Assembly (NCBI GenBank): GCA_902631785.1
Contig: CACOZT010000002.1
Coordinates: 18,996 to 82,995 of the forward strand
DNA: 64,000 nucleotides
Source: an uncultured SAR86 cluster bacterium
Lineage (GTDB): Bacteria > Pseudomonadota > Gammaproteobacteria > Magnimaribacterales > D2472
Reading direction: 5' to 3'
Part shown: one piece after another, positions 18,398 through 28,311 of the stretch
Layout: the number at the start of each line of letters is the position of its first letter
Numbering within the stretch: position 1 is the stretch's first letter
Notes under the pieces: generated by a model
What the model saw: the letters and a program-made list of their open reading frames with translations, nothing else
What the model was told of the DNA's origin: nothing
Databases searched by the model: none
Program-made: the position numbers and the translations under genes

Positions 18398-19279
18398 ATG
18401 GAATTAAAATACTGGATAGTCTTAACCTTTCTCGGAGCCATATGGGGAAGTGCTTTTATCTTCATAAAGGTAGCTGCACCTGAATTTGGAGCAATAGGCT
18501 TGGTTCAAGCTAGATTAACGATAGCATCATTAGTTTTTATCCCAATATTACTTAGAAAGAAGTATTTTTTACTTTTAAAACCAGCATGGAGACATGCACT
18601 GGTTTTAGCTATAACAAATAATGCAATTCCGTTTACACTATTTTCCTATGGTAGTTTTGGAGCTGATTCCAATATTCTTGCAATATTAAATGCTACAACA
18701 GCTTTTAATACTATGATAATAGCCTTATTGTGGTTGGGGGAAAAAGTTACACTTAAACAAGTCTTTGGCTTAATACTTGGTTTTATTGGAGTTTTTATTC
18801 TTGTTAATCCTGAATCCTCATCAACCTCTATAATGTCTGCATTATTCTGTCTAATTGGAGCAGGATGTTATTCATTTTCAACTGTATTTATTCAAAAATA
18901 TTCAGAAAGAACTAACAAGATGGTTCTTATAGGATGGTCGATTGTATTTAGCTGTTTTATTATGTTGCCTATAACTTTGTTAAATCTTCCTCCTCAAATT
19001 CCATCTACAAAAGCATTTTTATCAGCAACTTGGCTAGGTTCAATATCAACTGGATTGGCTTTTTTTGGTTATGTATATCTAATAGAAAAGATAGGAGCTG
19101 TTAAAACTTCCACCGTTGCATATTTCCTTCCAGTCTTTGGTATTATTTGGGGTGCATTATTTTTAAATGAAGTAATTACAGGTGGAATTATCCTTGGTTG
19201 TACAACAATTTTAATTGGAGTATTTTTTGCTACATCAAATAAAAGAAATAATATAAGTGGTGAAATACATGCAAACTAA
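18398..19279 (+). CDS. DMT superfamily transporter (EamA/RhaT family, 10 TM)
   Basis: 293 aa, two EamA-like 5-TM repeats. Size and pattern resemble RhtA/YdcZ-type metabolite carriers. Confidence 0.8.
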   Translation: MELKYWIVLTFLGAIWGSAFIFIKVAAPEFGAIGLVQARLTIASLVFIPILLRKKYFLLLKPAWRHALVLAITNNAIPFTLFSYGSFGADSNILAILNATTAFNTMIIALLWLGEKVTLKQVFGLILGFIGVFILVNPESSSTSIMSALFCLIGAGCYSFSTVFIQKYSERTNKMVLIGWSIVFSCFIMLPITLLNLPPQIPSTKAFLSATWLGSISTGLAFFGYVYLIEKIGAVKTSTVAYFLPVFGIIWGALFLNEVITGGIILGCTTILIGVFFATSNKRNNISGEIHAN

Positions 19280-19655
19280 AACATTAGAAAAACTTTTAAT
19301 TGAAGCAAATGATCTTATAAAAAAATTATCCTTTGAAGAATCAATTAATCTAATAAATAATTCTAAGACCGTGATTATTGATGTTCGTGAGGAATCGGAG
19401 GTCTATAATCTTGGTCTTGTAAAAAATGCTATTCATATTCCTAGAGGATTATTAGAATTTAAACTATCTCCAAATTCACCCAATAATCCAGTATTAATTG
19501 ATGACGAAACCAATATTCTAGTTTATTGTGCTGGAGGTTATAGATCTGCATTAGCTGCAAAAACTTTATTAGATTTGGGGTTTAAAAATGTATATAATCT
19601 TGGTGGATTTCAAGAATGGATTGAATCAGGTGGTGAGATTCAACCTAATGTATAA
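19269..19655 (+). CDS. Rhodanese-like sulfurtransferase domain protein
   Basis: Active-site loop CAGGYRS. I prefer the ATG at 19269 over the GTG at 19257 in the track. Overlaps the DMT gene end. Confidence 0.8.
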   Translation: MQTKTLEKLLIEANDLIKKLSFEESINLINNSKTVIIDVREESEVYNLGLVKNAIHIPRGLLEFKLSPNSPNNPVLIDDETNILVYCAGGYRSALAAKTLLDLGFKNVYNLGGFQEWIESGGEIQPNV

Positions 19656-19691
19656 TTGAAGTATAATGCACATTAAATTTTGGGGGATACT

Positions 19692-22115
19692 ATGAAAAAA
19701 ATTATATTTTCTGCTGTTGTGGCTCTATCAACATTTAATCTTTTTGCTCAAGAGAATGTTGAAGAAGTAATAGTTACTGCAACAAAAACTGAAAAAACAT
19801 TACAGGAAGTTCCTGTAGCTGTATCTGTGGTGACTGCTGACACAATTGAGAAAGCTAATATCACTGATATTTATGATTTAAGGTCAATCGTTCCTTCACT
19901 TGATTCTAGGAGATTTACCACTCCTACTGAAGCAACATATGTAATAAGAGGTTTTGGAAATGGTTCATATAATCCTGGTATAGAACCCTCTGTAGCTGTC
20001 TTTATAGATGGGGTATATCGTTCGTCAATGCAAGCTCAAATTGCAGACTTACCAGCTATAGAAAGAATTGAAGTTTTAAGAGGTCCACAAAGTACACTTT
20101 TTGGAAAAAATGCTACCGCTGGGGTAATTAATGTTGTAACAAAAAAACCATCTTTTGAAGAATCTGGTTATGTATCTGCCTCAATCGGGTCAAATAATAT
20201 GAAAAAATTTAAATATTATAAAACTGGCCCTATAGATAAATCTAAAGCATATAGTTTATATGCAAATATCCATAAAGCTGACGGGCACTCAGATAATATG
20301 ACGACTGGTAATACTTCAAATAACAGAGACAGATTTTCTGTTAGAGGTGAGATGTTATTTGACTTAGCTAATGAGGCATCTTTAAGATTAACAGTTGATT
20401 TCGATGAATATGACGAAATATGTTGTGCAGTCGGTAGTGCAAACTATGGTGCAGCCAATCAGGTTGCTGCCTTGCTTGGTGGAGGTGTAATCCCAAATAA
20501 TCCATTTACAGAGAAAGTATTTTACGATTTTGATCCTGTTTCAGAGGGCGACAACTCAGGAATAACTATCCACTATTCTAGGGAAGGCGATGGAACTACT
20601 CTTGAGAGTATTACTTCTATGAGAAATTCCTACAATACTAATGTTCAGGATGTTGATTTTGATGCAGCAAGAATTGTTAATCCAAGCCCCCAAACAAAAG
20701 AATTAGATGCTGTTACACAGGAGTTTAGATTGTATTCTAATGATAATGAAAAACTAAATTGGTTGATTGGTGGATACTATTATCAAGAGGATCTTGATTG
20801 GGATGAATCTATATATTTTGGTCCATTATGGAGAACCTATGTAGAAGCATTTTTGCCGCCAGGAACAATTAGTGGAATTTCAGCTGCACTTGGCATTCCA
20901 GATGCTCTTTTATTCGCTAGTGGCCAAGGTGGAACTGAAACAGCTACTCAAGATAACACCACAACCTCAATATTCGCACAACTTGATATACAGTTAACAG
21001 ATAAGTTAAGCGCAATCATTGGTGCAAGTTATATGGAAGATGAGAAAACGGTTGCTTATAGTCAGATAAATACCGATGTCCTGTCTAATATTGATTTTGT
21101 TGGAGTTGGAACGCTGGGATTAATTGCAGCAGGAATTCCACCAGCTCAAGCTGCAGTTTTAGCAACAGACCCTGCTTTTAATCCTTTAATAGCATTACAG
21201 GGACTTCAGCTACTACCTCAATTCACTAATTTCCCAAATGCGGCTCAAGATGGTAAGAGCTCAGATGATAATGTTGACTACACATTTAAGTTATCTTATG
21301 AAGTAAGTGACACAATATCAATTTATGGTGGTGTATCAACAGGATTCAAAGCTTCTGCGTGGAATATATCAAGAAACTCAGATGCTGATGCTGTTGAAGC
21401 TGCTGCTTTGGCTGCTGCCGGAACACCTGTAAGTCCTAATAGGTCGATCGGAAGAAGATTTGCAGGACCTGAAGAAGCTGAGGTAACAGAACTTGGTGCT
21501 AAGATATTATTACCTTCTGGTTATTTAAATATTGCTTTATTTGATCAAACAATAGATGGCTTCCAGTCAAATACATTCATCGGAACTGGATTTGTTCTTG
21601 CAAATGCTGGTTCTCAATCGGCTGATGGTTATGAATTTGATCTTGTTTATTCACCACTTGAAAATATCGATTTAATGATGAGTGGTGTATTTCTTGATCC
21701 AATATATGACTCATTCCCTGGCTCAGCTTTTGGCGATCTTTCAGGAACTACTCCTTCAAATATTCCTGAAGATACTATAACTACTTCTCTTACTTGGAAT
21801 TGGAATATGAACGGCTGGGATGGTTACACAAGACTATCTCATCTTTATTCTAGTGAAGCAATTTTGTTAGAAAATCCTCAAGCTCAAGCGATTATTGAAG
21901 CTCAGGGTAATGGCTTCAGAAAGATGGATACTTTAAATTTTTCTGCTGGAGTTGAGAAAGATAATTTGTCTATAAGTTTATATGGACAGAATGTTAATGA
22001 TGATGAATATCTAACAACTGCTTTTGTTGCTGTTACTGACTTTACCTCAACAACATATTTTGGTTATCCCAATAATTATGCAACATATGGCTTAACTGTT
22101 AATTATCAGTTCTAA
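19692..22115 (+). CDS. TonB-dependent outer-membrane receptor
   Basis: Signal peptide (MKKIIFSAVVALSTFNLFA/QE) and a plug domain with VTATK...ERIEVLRGPQSTLFGKNATAGVINV. Long beta-barrel ending in the aromatic ...TVNYQF. The ATG at 19692 follows a GGGGGA SD. Confidence 0.85.
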   Translation: MKKIIFSAVVALSTFNLFAQENVEEVIVTATKTEKTLQEVPVAVSVVTADTIEKANITDIYDLRSIVPSLDSRRFTTPTEATYVIRGFGNGSYNPGIEPSVAVFIDGVYRSSMQAQIADLPAIERIEVLRGPQSTLFGKNATAGVINVVTKKPSFEESGYVSASIGSNNMKKFKYYKTGPIDKSKAYSLYANIHKADGHSDNMTTGNTSNNRDRFSVRGEMLFDLANEASLRLTVDFDEYDEICCAVGSANYGAANQVAALLGGGVIPNNPFTEKVFYDFDPVSEGDNSGITIHYSREGDGTTLESITSMRNSYNTNVQDVDFDAARIVNPSPQTKELDAVTQEFRLYSNDNEKLNWLIGGYYYQEDLDWDESIYFGPLWRTYVEAFLPPGTISGISAALGIPDALLFASGQGGTETATQDNTTTSIFAQLDIQLTDKLSAIIGASYMEDEKTVAYSQINTDVLSNIDFVGVGTLGLIAAGIPPAQAAVLATDPAFNPLIALQGLQLLPQFTNFPNAAQDGKSSDDNVDYTFKLSYEVSDTISIYGGVSTGFKASAWNISRNSDADAVEAAALAAAGTPVSPNRSIGRRFAGPEEAEVTELGAKILLPSGYLNIALFDQTIDGFQSNTFIGTGFVLANAGSQSADGYEFDLVYSPLENIDLMMSGVFLDPIYDSFPGSAFGDLSGTTPSNIPEDTITTSLTWNWNMNGWDGYTRLSHLYSSEAILLENPQAQAIIEAQGNGFRKMDTLNFSAGVEKDNLSISLYGQNVNDDEYLTTAFVAVTDFTSTTYFGYPNNYATYGLTVNYQF

Positions 22116-22133
22116 TTATAATTATTACATTTT

Positions 22134-22161
22134 AAAGGGATTCGAAAGAGTCCCTTTTTTT
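22134..22161. terminator. Bidirectional rho-independent terminator
   Basis: AAAGGGATTC-GAAA-GAGTCCCTTT is a 10-bp stem with a GAAA tetraloop, followed by a T-run on the + strand. It sits between the TBDR stop and the 3' end of the convergent tRNA-Arg. Confidence 0.7.
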
Positions 22162-22163
22162 AT

Positions 22164-22240
22164 TGGCGCGCCCGGGAAGATTCGAACTCCCGACCCCTTG
22201 GTTCGAAGCCAAGTACTCTGTCCAACTGAGCTACAGGCGC
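22164..22240 (-). tRNA. tRNA-Arg (anticodon UCG)
   Basis: Reverse complement GCGCCTG-TA-GCTC...CTTGG-CTTCGAA-CCAAG...GGGAG-TTCGAAT-CTTCC-CGGGCGC-G-CCA. 77 nt, CCA encoded. Confidence 0.85.
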
Positions 22241-22356
22241 AAATTTAAACATAGGTTAATTCAATCTATTTAAAGTATCAAAATTATTTTAGATAAATAT
22301 TGTAAGAAAAAGATGCAAAACATATAATTTCATTGTCATTATTTTAGGGGAAATTA

Positions 22357-24507
22357 ATGAAATATCTAAGAAATGCTTTGCTTACTGTTATTGGCTTATA
22401 TCTAATTACTTTAGGGTTAGTTTACGTTGATGTATATGACAGCAGACCGATAATAAGTTTATTTAAAAATATACAATCCGACTCAGCTCTTGAGATAGTA
22501 GATTTCTCTACTGATAAAAAAGATATATCCGGTAAACCTAGACCAAAACCAAATAAAGATAGAAATCCTTATTATGGTGACTTACACGTTCATACAAAAT
22601 ATTCTTTTGATGCTTATGTTTTTGGAGTCACTGCATCACCCGATGATGCTTATAGATATGCAAAAGGTGAAGGTGTAAAACATCCTCTTGGTTATGAAAT
22701 GAAGCTAAGAGAACCCTTAGATTTTTATGCAGTTACAGACCATGGTTTTTATATGGGGATGATACAAGCATATGCAGATACGACAACAGATATTTCTCAA
22801 AACGAATTCGCAGAACCTTTTCATAATTTAAATAGATTAGATAATTTAACTGTGGAATCTGCAGGTGAAAGATCAAATATTTTTAGCTCTGTACTAGGAG
22901 CAACAATTATTCAACCATATCCAGATTGGCATCCAAAATTACTTAAAGCATATTTAACAAGAAATACTCAAAGTGCACTTGAATCATTTGATTATGATAT
23001 TCACAAGTCTGCCTGGGCTGATGTTGCAAGATCTGCAAATGAACATAATGATCCTGGTCATTTTACTACTTTTATTGGGTATGAATTTACAACCTCAACT
23101 GATATAGAGGGTGGAAATTTGCATAGAAATGTTATTTTTAATTCATCAAAAGCATCTATCAGACCTTGGACAAGAATTGATTCAACCAATCCAGAGGATT
23201 TATGGACTTGGCAAGATAGATTGAGAGAAAAGGGTATCGATACAATTGCTATGCCCCATAACTCAAATGGTTCAAATGGTCAGATGTTTGAAATGGAGAC
23301 ATTCACAGGGAATGCGTTTACTGATGAGTATGCGAAAAAAAGGATGAGAAATGAGCCATTGGTAGAAATTACTCAAGTTAAAGGAACTTCAGATACACAT
23401 CCACTCCTATCACCTGATGATGAATGGGCTGATTTTGAAATAATGGATGTTAGAGTTGGAAGTAGACCACCAACTTACAGTAAGCCATCTGGATCATATG
23501 TTAGAGAGGCATATCTAAATGGACTTACTCTAGAATTTACCAGACAAGGTAATCCATACAAATTTGGTTTAATTGGATCATCTGATACTCATGTTGTAGC
23601 AGCATCTCTTGATGAATCGAATTTCTGGTCAAAGGTTGGTCTTCTTGATGGTGATCCTGAAAATAGAGGCTCAGTTCCATTAAAAGAAGAAAATGTTGAA
23701 AGATTAGATGAATACATGAGAGCATTTAACCAACCAATAAGCACAGTTAACTTGGAGCAAGGAGAGTACGCTAATACTGGCTTTACTCAATGGGGCGCTT
23801 CTGGTCTTGCTGCAGCTTGGGCTGAAGAAAATACAAGAGAATCTATCTTTAATGCTTTTAGAAGAAAAGAAACTTTTGCAACAACTGGTACGAGAATTGC
23901 TGTAAGATTTTTTGGAGGATATGACCTTTCCTCTATTGATCTTGATTCAGAGTCCCTTGTCAGTGAAGCATATCAAAAGGGCGTAACAATGGGATCTGAT
24001 CTTTTACACGATGAGAAAAAAAATCCAGAGTTTTTGGTATGGGCTCAGAGGGATAAAAATGGAGCTCCACTTCAAAGAATCCAAATTATAAAGGGGTGGA
24101 TTGATAATAATAGTGGTAGACCAAAAGAAAAAGTTTTTGATGTAGCTTGTTCAGATGGTTTGCAACCTGATCCAGTAACTAATAGATGTCCCGATAATGG
24201 CGCACGTGTAAATATTGAAGATTGCTCAATTAGTGTAAATGTCGGTTCATCTGAATTAAAAACTGTTTGGAAAGATCCAGAATTTGTGCCAGCTGATAAG
24301 ACTTTTTATTACGTTCGTGTACTCGAGAATCCAACTTGCAGATGGAGTACATGGGATGCAATTAAAGCTGGATATAAGCCTCGCGAAGGTCTTCATGAAA
24401 CAATTCAGGAAAGGGCTTGGTCTTCTCCAATTTGGTATATTCCAAAACAGTCTGATGTTGATGTTATTCCTCTCGGAGGAACGATTCGACTAAGAAATAC
24501 TAATTAG
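22357..24507 (+). CDS. DUF3604-like protein with PHP-type metal-dependent phosphoesterase motifs, membrane-anchored/periplasmic
   Basis: 716 aa. N-terminal TM/signal anchor, then YYGDLHVHTKYSFDAY (HxH), AVTDHG, MPHNSNGSNG and GSSDTH motifs. The DUF3604 assignment is from memory of that family. Confidence 0.6.
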   Translation: MKYLRNALLTVIGLYLITLGLVYVDVYDSRPIISLFKNIQSDSALEIVDFSTDKKDISGKPRPKPNKDRNPYYGDLHVHTKYSFDAYVFGVTASPDDAYRYAKGEGVKHPLGYEMKLREPLDFYAVTDHGFYMGMIQAYADTTTDISQNEFAEPFHNLNRLDNLTVESAGERSNIFSSVLGATIIQPYPDWHPKLLKAYLTRNTQSALESFDYDIHKSAWADVARSANEHNDPGHFTTFIGYEFTTSTDIEGGNLHRNVIFNSSKASIRPWTRIDSTNPEDLWTWQDRLREKGIDTIAMPHNSNGSNGQMFEMETFTGNAFTDEYAKKRMRNEPLVEITQVKGTSDTHPLLSPDDEWADFEIMDVRVGSRPPTYSKPSGSYVREAYLNGLTLEFTRQGNPYKFGLIGSSDTHVVAASLDESNFWSKVGLLDGDPENRGSVPLKEENVERLDEYMRAFNQPISTVNLEQGEYANTGFTQWGASGLAAAWAEENTRESIFNAFRRKETFATTGTRIAVRFFGGYDLSSIDLDSESLVSEAYQKGVTMGSDLLHDEKKNPEFLVWAQRDKNGAPLQRIQIIKGWIDNNSGRPKEKVFDVACSDGLQPDPVTNRCPDNGARVNIEDCSISVNVGSSELKTVWKDPEFVPADKTFYYVRVLENPTCRWSTWDAIKAGYKPREGLHETIQERAWSSPIWYIPKQSDVDVIPLGGTIRLRNTN

Positions 24508-24527
24508 AAATTACTAATTAAATAAAA

Positions 24528-25322
24528 TTGAAGTATAAAATTTCTATTTTTTTTATTATTGGACTTATCCTTTATCTTATTGATATAGGGTTGAATTATA
24601 ATGATGAGAAAGAAATATTTATTAGTGATCAAGAAATCATTAGTCTAGTTAGCGCATGGAAATCACAAGTTGGAAGAAATCCTAATGATGACGAAATAAC
24701 CCGTATTATCAATAATTTGGTTGAAGAAGAAATTTTATATAGAGAAGCTCTTAAATTAGGTTTGGATAGAGAAGATCGAATAATAAAAAGGAGATTAGCT
24801 CAAAAAATATCTTTTTTAAAACAAGAGTCAATTCCAAACGCTCCATCAAATGATGATCTTATAGAATATTTTAAAAAAAATAGTGATAAATATTTTATTG
24901 ATTCAACTTATACCTTTAGACATTATTTTTTTTCATCAGAGAATAATTCTAAAGAGAGATCAGCAAAAGCGTATACAGATTTACTTAATGAAGTTTCTAT
25001 AAATTCTGATCCTTTTTTCTTGGGCAAAAATTTTGTTGATGCAACTATAAGAAAAATTGAAAATGAATTTGGTAAAGATTTTAGTTTAAATTTTTTAAAT
25101 GTTGAGCTTAACAAATGGATTGGTCCATTAGAATCTGCATTCGGTCACCACATCATATATGTTACAAATCAAAGAGAGGGATATTTACCGGATATTACTG
25201 ATGTTATTAAACAAGTCGAAGTTGATTTCTTACAGTCAAAAAGAGATGAAGCGATTGAAAATTATCTAAATGAAATTAGATCTGAATATAAAATCTACAT
25301 AAATCCAGATTTACAAATTTAA
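24528..25322 (+). CDS. Parvulin/PpiC-like peptidyl-prolyl isomerase domain protein (SurA/PpiD-like), membrane-anchored
   Basis: 264 aa, TTG start. N-terminal TM helix, SurA-N-like helices (EEILYREALKLGLDREDRIIKRRLAQK) and a C-terminal rotamase-like segment (GPLESAFGHHIIYV). Confidence 0.55.
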   Translation: MKYKISIFFIIGLILYLIDIGLNYNDEKEIFISDQEIISLVSAWKSQVGRNPNDDEITRIINNLVEEEILYREALKLGLDREDRIIKRRLAQKISFLKQESIPNAPSNDDLIEYFKKNSDKYFIDSTYTFRHYFFSSENNSKERSAKAYTDLLNEVSINSDPFFLGKNFVDATIRKIENEFGKDFSLNFLNVELNKWIGPLESAFGHHIIYVTNQREGYLPDITDVIKQVEVDFLQSKRDEAIENYLNEIRSEYKIYINPDLQI

Positions 25323-26272
25323 TGAAAAGACTCTTATTTGCTTTTGTTTTAATAAGTTCGTTGGATATTTATTCGCACGAATTTAATCCAGCTCATCTTG
25401 TAGTTCAAGAATTAAATGACGATCTTTCATATGAAGCTACTTGGATGTATCCATATAAGAATATTGGCAGGAGGGCTGAAGTAGTTTTTCCTGATGAATG
25501 TTTGACAGAATCAGTTGATATTTATTATCAGGGAAAATATATAAACGAGAAAATATCTCTAGAGTGCATCTCACCTTTAAAGGGAAAGTCTATAGAAATC
25601 ATAAATCTCAGTGTTTTAACAGATGCACTCATAACAATAAATTTTAATGATGATGATATATATGAAGGTTTAGTAAATGTTCAAAATAATACTCTTCAAA
25701 TTCCTTTAGAGAGTAATTATTATCCTTCTTCATACTTAAAACTTGGTCTTTCTCATTTATTTGACGGATTAGATCACATTTTATTTATATTTGGTTTGCT
25801 TTTTTGTATATCTGGAGTAATCAATATCATTAAGACTATAACAGCTTTCACAATAGCACATAGTATCACGCTTGGTTTAACAGTCTTTGGGTTGATATCT
25901 CTCCCTCAGGGCACTATAGAAGCTTTAATTGCACTTACTATAGTTTACTTGGCATCAGAAATTAATCGTAATAAAGGATCCCTTAAGACACCTTGGTTAA
26001 TGGCATTTGGTTTTGGCTTACTACACGGACTTGGATTCGCAGGTGCTCTAATGGATATTGGAATAGCTAACGATAAAATGCTTTTATCATTATTCTTTTT
26101 TAATGTTGGCATTGAAATAGCACAAATAGCACTGATTCCAATACCCTTAATGATTATATTCATATCTAAGAGGTTTAATTACTTTGAAATAACAAAAATT
26201 TTAATAAGTTTATGTATTGGTGGAATGGGTTTCTATTGGTTTATAGATCGTGTAATTGGTATTATTCTCTAA
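25322..26272 (+). CDS. HupE/UreJ family membrane protein with N-terminal periplasmic domain
   Basis: 316 aa. Signal peptide, about 130-aa soluble domain, then HupE-like TM core (GLSHLFDGLDHILFIFGLLF, HSITLG, GFGLLHGLGFAGAL). TAATG overlap with the preceding gene. Confidence 0.65.
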   Translation: MKRLLFAFVLISSLDIYSHEFNPAHLVVQELNDDLSYEATWMYPYKNIGRRAEVVFPDECLTESVDIYYQGKYINEKISLECISPLKGKSIEIINLSVLTDALITINFNDDDIYEGLVNVQNNTLQIPLESNYYPSSYLKLGLSHLFDGLDHILFIFGLLFCISGVINIIKTITAFTIAHSITLGLTVFGLISLPQGTIEALIALTIVYLASEINRNKGSLKTPWLMAFGFGLLHGLGFAGALMDIGIANDKMLLSLFFFNVGIEIAQIALIPIPLMIIFISKRFNYFEITKILISLCIGGMGFYWFIDRVIGIIL

Positions 26273-26290
26273 TTAAATATTGATATACAT

Positions 26291-27487
26291 ATGTTTTTCT
26301 CTAATAAAAATATACTTATTGGTGTAACTGGGGGCATTGCTGCTTATAAGTCAGCTGAAATAATTCGTCTTTTCAAGAAAGAGGGTGCTGATGTAAGAGT
26401 TGTTATGACTGAATCAGCTAAAGAGTTCATAACGCCTTTGACCTTACAAGCAGTTTCAGGAAATGCTATTCATGATTCTTTGCTTGATGTAAAAGCTGAG
26501 GCCGCTATGGGTCATATAGAGCTCGCCAAATGGGCTGACATAATACTTATATCTCCATGCACAGCTGAAACAATTGCAAAGATAACGCACGGAAGAGCCG
26601 ATGATCTAATTGGAGCTATATTATTAGCGTCAAAAGCAGATAAATATATTGCTCCGGCGATGAATATGAATATGTGGTCAGATAGCAGCACACAAGAGAA
26701 TTACAATACTTTGTTAAAAAGAGACATAGCTTTTATAGGCCCAGCTTCTGGTGAACAAGCTTGTGGTGATGTAGGACCTGGAAGAATGGAAGAACCAAGT
26801 AATATAATTGAATTTATTAGAAAATCATTTAAAACCGGACCCTTGTCAGGAAAAAAAATAACAATAACCGCAGGGCCAACCAGAGAACAGATAGATCCAG
26901 TAAGATTTATTTCAAATAATAGTTCAGGAAAAATGGGATATGCAATGGCAGATGCAGCAATTGAAGTAGGAGCAATTGTAAATTTAATAAGTGGACCCGT
27001 ATCAATAAAACCCAATAAGCATGTAAATTTAATAAATGTTAATTCTGCTGAAGAAATGCTTAATAAAGTTATTGATAGTATGAGTGATTCAGATATTTTT
27101 ATTGGATGTGCTGCTGTTTCAGATTTTAAACCGTCAGATTATTCAGATATAAAAATCAAAAAGGAAGACATGGATGATATTGATATTCATCTTGAAAAAA
27201 ATGAAGATATTTTGACGTATGTTGCCTCAGAATTTACAACATCTTATGTTGTGGGCTTTGCTGCAGAAACTTCAGATGTAAAATCTAATGCTAAAAGAAA
27301 ATTAAAATCAAAGGATTTGGATATGATAATTTCAAATGATGTATCAGATAAATCAATTGGCTTTGATGTTGATGATAATGAGGTAAATGTAATTACGAAT
27401 AAAGAAACAATTTTTCTAAAGAAGGACAAAAAGATTAGAATAGCAAGAGAAATTCTAAAAATAATATCTTTAAATATTCAAGTTTAA
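26291..27487 (+). CDS. coaBC: Bifunctional phosphopantothenoylcysteine decarboxylase / phosphopantothenate-cysteine ligase
   Basis: 398 aa. N-terminal flavoprotein domain (GVTGGIAAYK, PAMNMNMW) and C-terminal CoaB domain (ITAGPTREQIDPVRFISNNSSGKMG). Confidence 0.9.
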   Translation: MFFSNKNILIGVTGGIAAYKSAEIIRLFKKEGADVRVVMTESAKEFITPLTLQAVSGNAIHDSLLDVKAEAAMGHIELAKWADIILISPCTAETIAKITHGRADDLIGAILLASKADKYIAPAMNMNMWSDSSTQENYNTLLKRDIAFIGPASGEQACGDVGPGRMEEPSNIIEFIRKSFKTGPLSGKKITITAGPTREQIDPVRFISNNSSGKMGYAMADAAIEVGAIVNLISGPVSIKPNKHVNLINVNSAEEMLNKVIDSMSDSDIFIGCAAVSDFKPSDYSDIKIKKEDMDDIDIHLEKNEDILTYVASEFTTSYVVGFAAETSDVKSNAKRKLKSKDLDMIISNDVSDKSIGFDVDDNEVNVITNKETIFLKKDKKIRIAREILKIISLNIQV

Positions 27488-27489
27488 TT

Positions 27490-28305
27490 ATGTCAACTAA
27501 ATCAGAAAAAAAATTAATCACTTTGAGCACTATAAATAAACTTAAAAAAGAGGGTGAAAAATTTACATGCTTAACTGCTTATGAATCAACAATGGCATCT
27601 GTTATTAGTAAATCAGGAGTTGATATTATATTAGTTGGCGATAGTTTAGGAATGGTAATACAAGGTCATGATAGTACTCTTCCAGTGACAATGGATCAAT
27701 TAATATATCATCTTGAGTGCGTTGTTAGAGGAAATAATGGCTCACATGTAATGGCTGACATGCCCTTTATGAGCTATGCAACAGATGATCTTGGATTAGA
27801 AAATGCTAAGAGACTAATGCAAGCTGGTGCTAATTCAGTGAAAATAGAAGGTGGTGAATGGATTTCTAAGATGGCACAAGCTCTTTCAGATAGAGGAATA
27901 CCAGTATGTGCCCATATGGGACTTACCCCGCAAACAATTAATAGATTAGGCGGTCATAATGTTCAAGGCAGAGATCCATCTCAAAAAGAAAAAATCATCA
28001 ATGAAGCAATTTCACTTGAAAAAGCAGGCGCCGCTATGTTGTTGCTTGAATGTGTGCCTGAAGATTTAGCTAAGGAAGTAACTAATGAATTAAAAATTCC
28101 AGTAATAGGCATAGGAGCTGGTGTTCATACTGATGGTCAAATTATGGTTGTCCATGACATGCTAGGAATATCATGTTTAGATAATCCTCCTAAATTTGTA
28201 AAAAACTTTATGGAAGAGTCGTCATCGATTGAGCATGCCATTGTAAACTTCGTAAAAGATGTCAAAGATCTTAAATTTCCATCAGAAGAACATACCTTTA
28301 AATAA
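27490..28305 (+). CDS. panB: 3-methyl-2-oxobutanoate hydroxymethyltransferase
   Basis: 271 aa. LVGDSLGMVIQGHDSTLPVT and KIEGG motifs. Confidence 0.9.
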   Translation: MSTKSEKKLITLSTINKLKKEGEKFTCLTAYESTMASVISKSGVDIILVGDSLGMVIQGHDSTLPVTMDQLIYHLECVVRGNNGSHVMADMPFMSYATDDLGLENAKRLMQAGANSVKIEGGEWISKMAQALSDRGIPVCAHMGLTPQTINRLGGHNVQGRDPSQKEKIINEAISLEKAGAAMLLLECVPEDLAKEVTNELKIPVIGIGAGVHTDGQIMVVHDMLGISCLDNPPKFVKNFMEESSSIEHAIVNFVKDVKDLKFPSEEHTFK

Positions 28306-28311
28306 GAACTA

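Noticed and set aside
19680-19691. Upstream TTG start for the TonB-dependent receptor, as given in the ORF track. The same applies to the upstream extensions of mrp (35265), nudC (39206), grx (48627) and rhodanese (19257).
   Set aside because: The downstream ATGs give canonical N-termini (signal peptide, Walker A spacing, CxxC spacing), better SD placement, and remove overlaps with neighbouring genes.
22290-22345. Fur-box-like AT-rich sequence (TAATTTCATTGTCATTATT) upstream of the DUF3604-like gene.
   Set aside because: It matches the 19-bp Fur consensus at only about 11 of 19 positions by my hand alignment. That is not distinguishable from background in AT-rich intergenic DNA.
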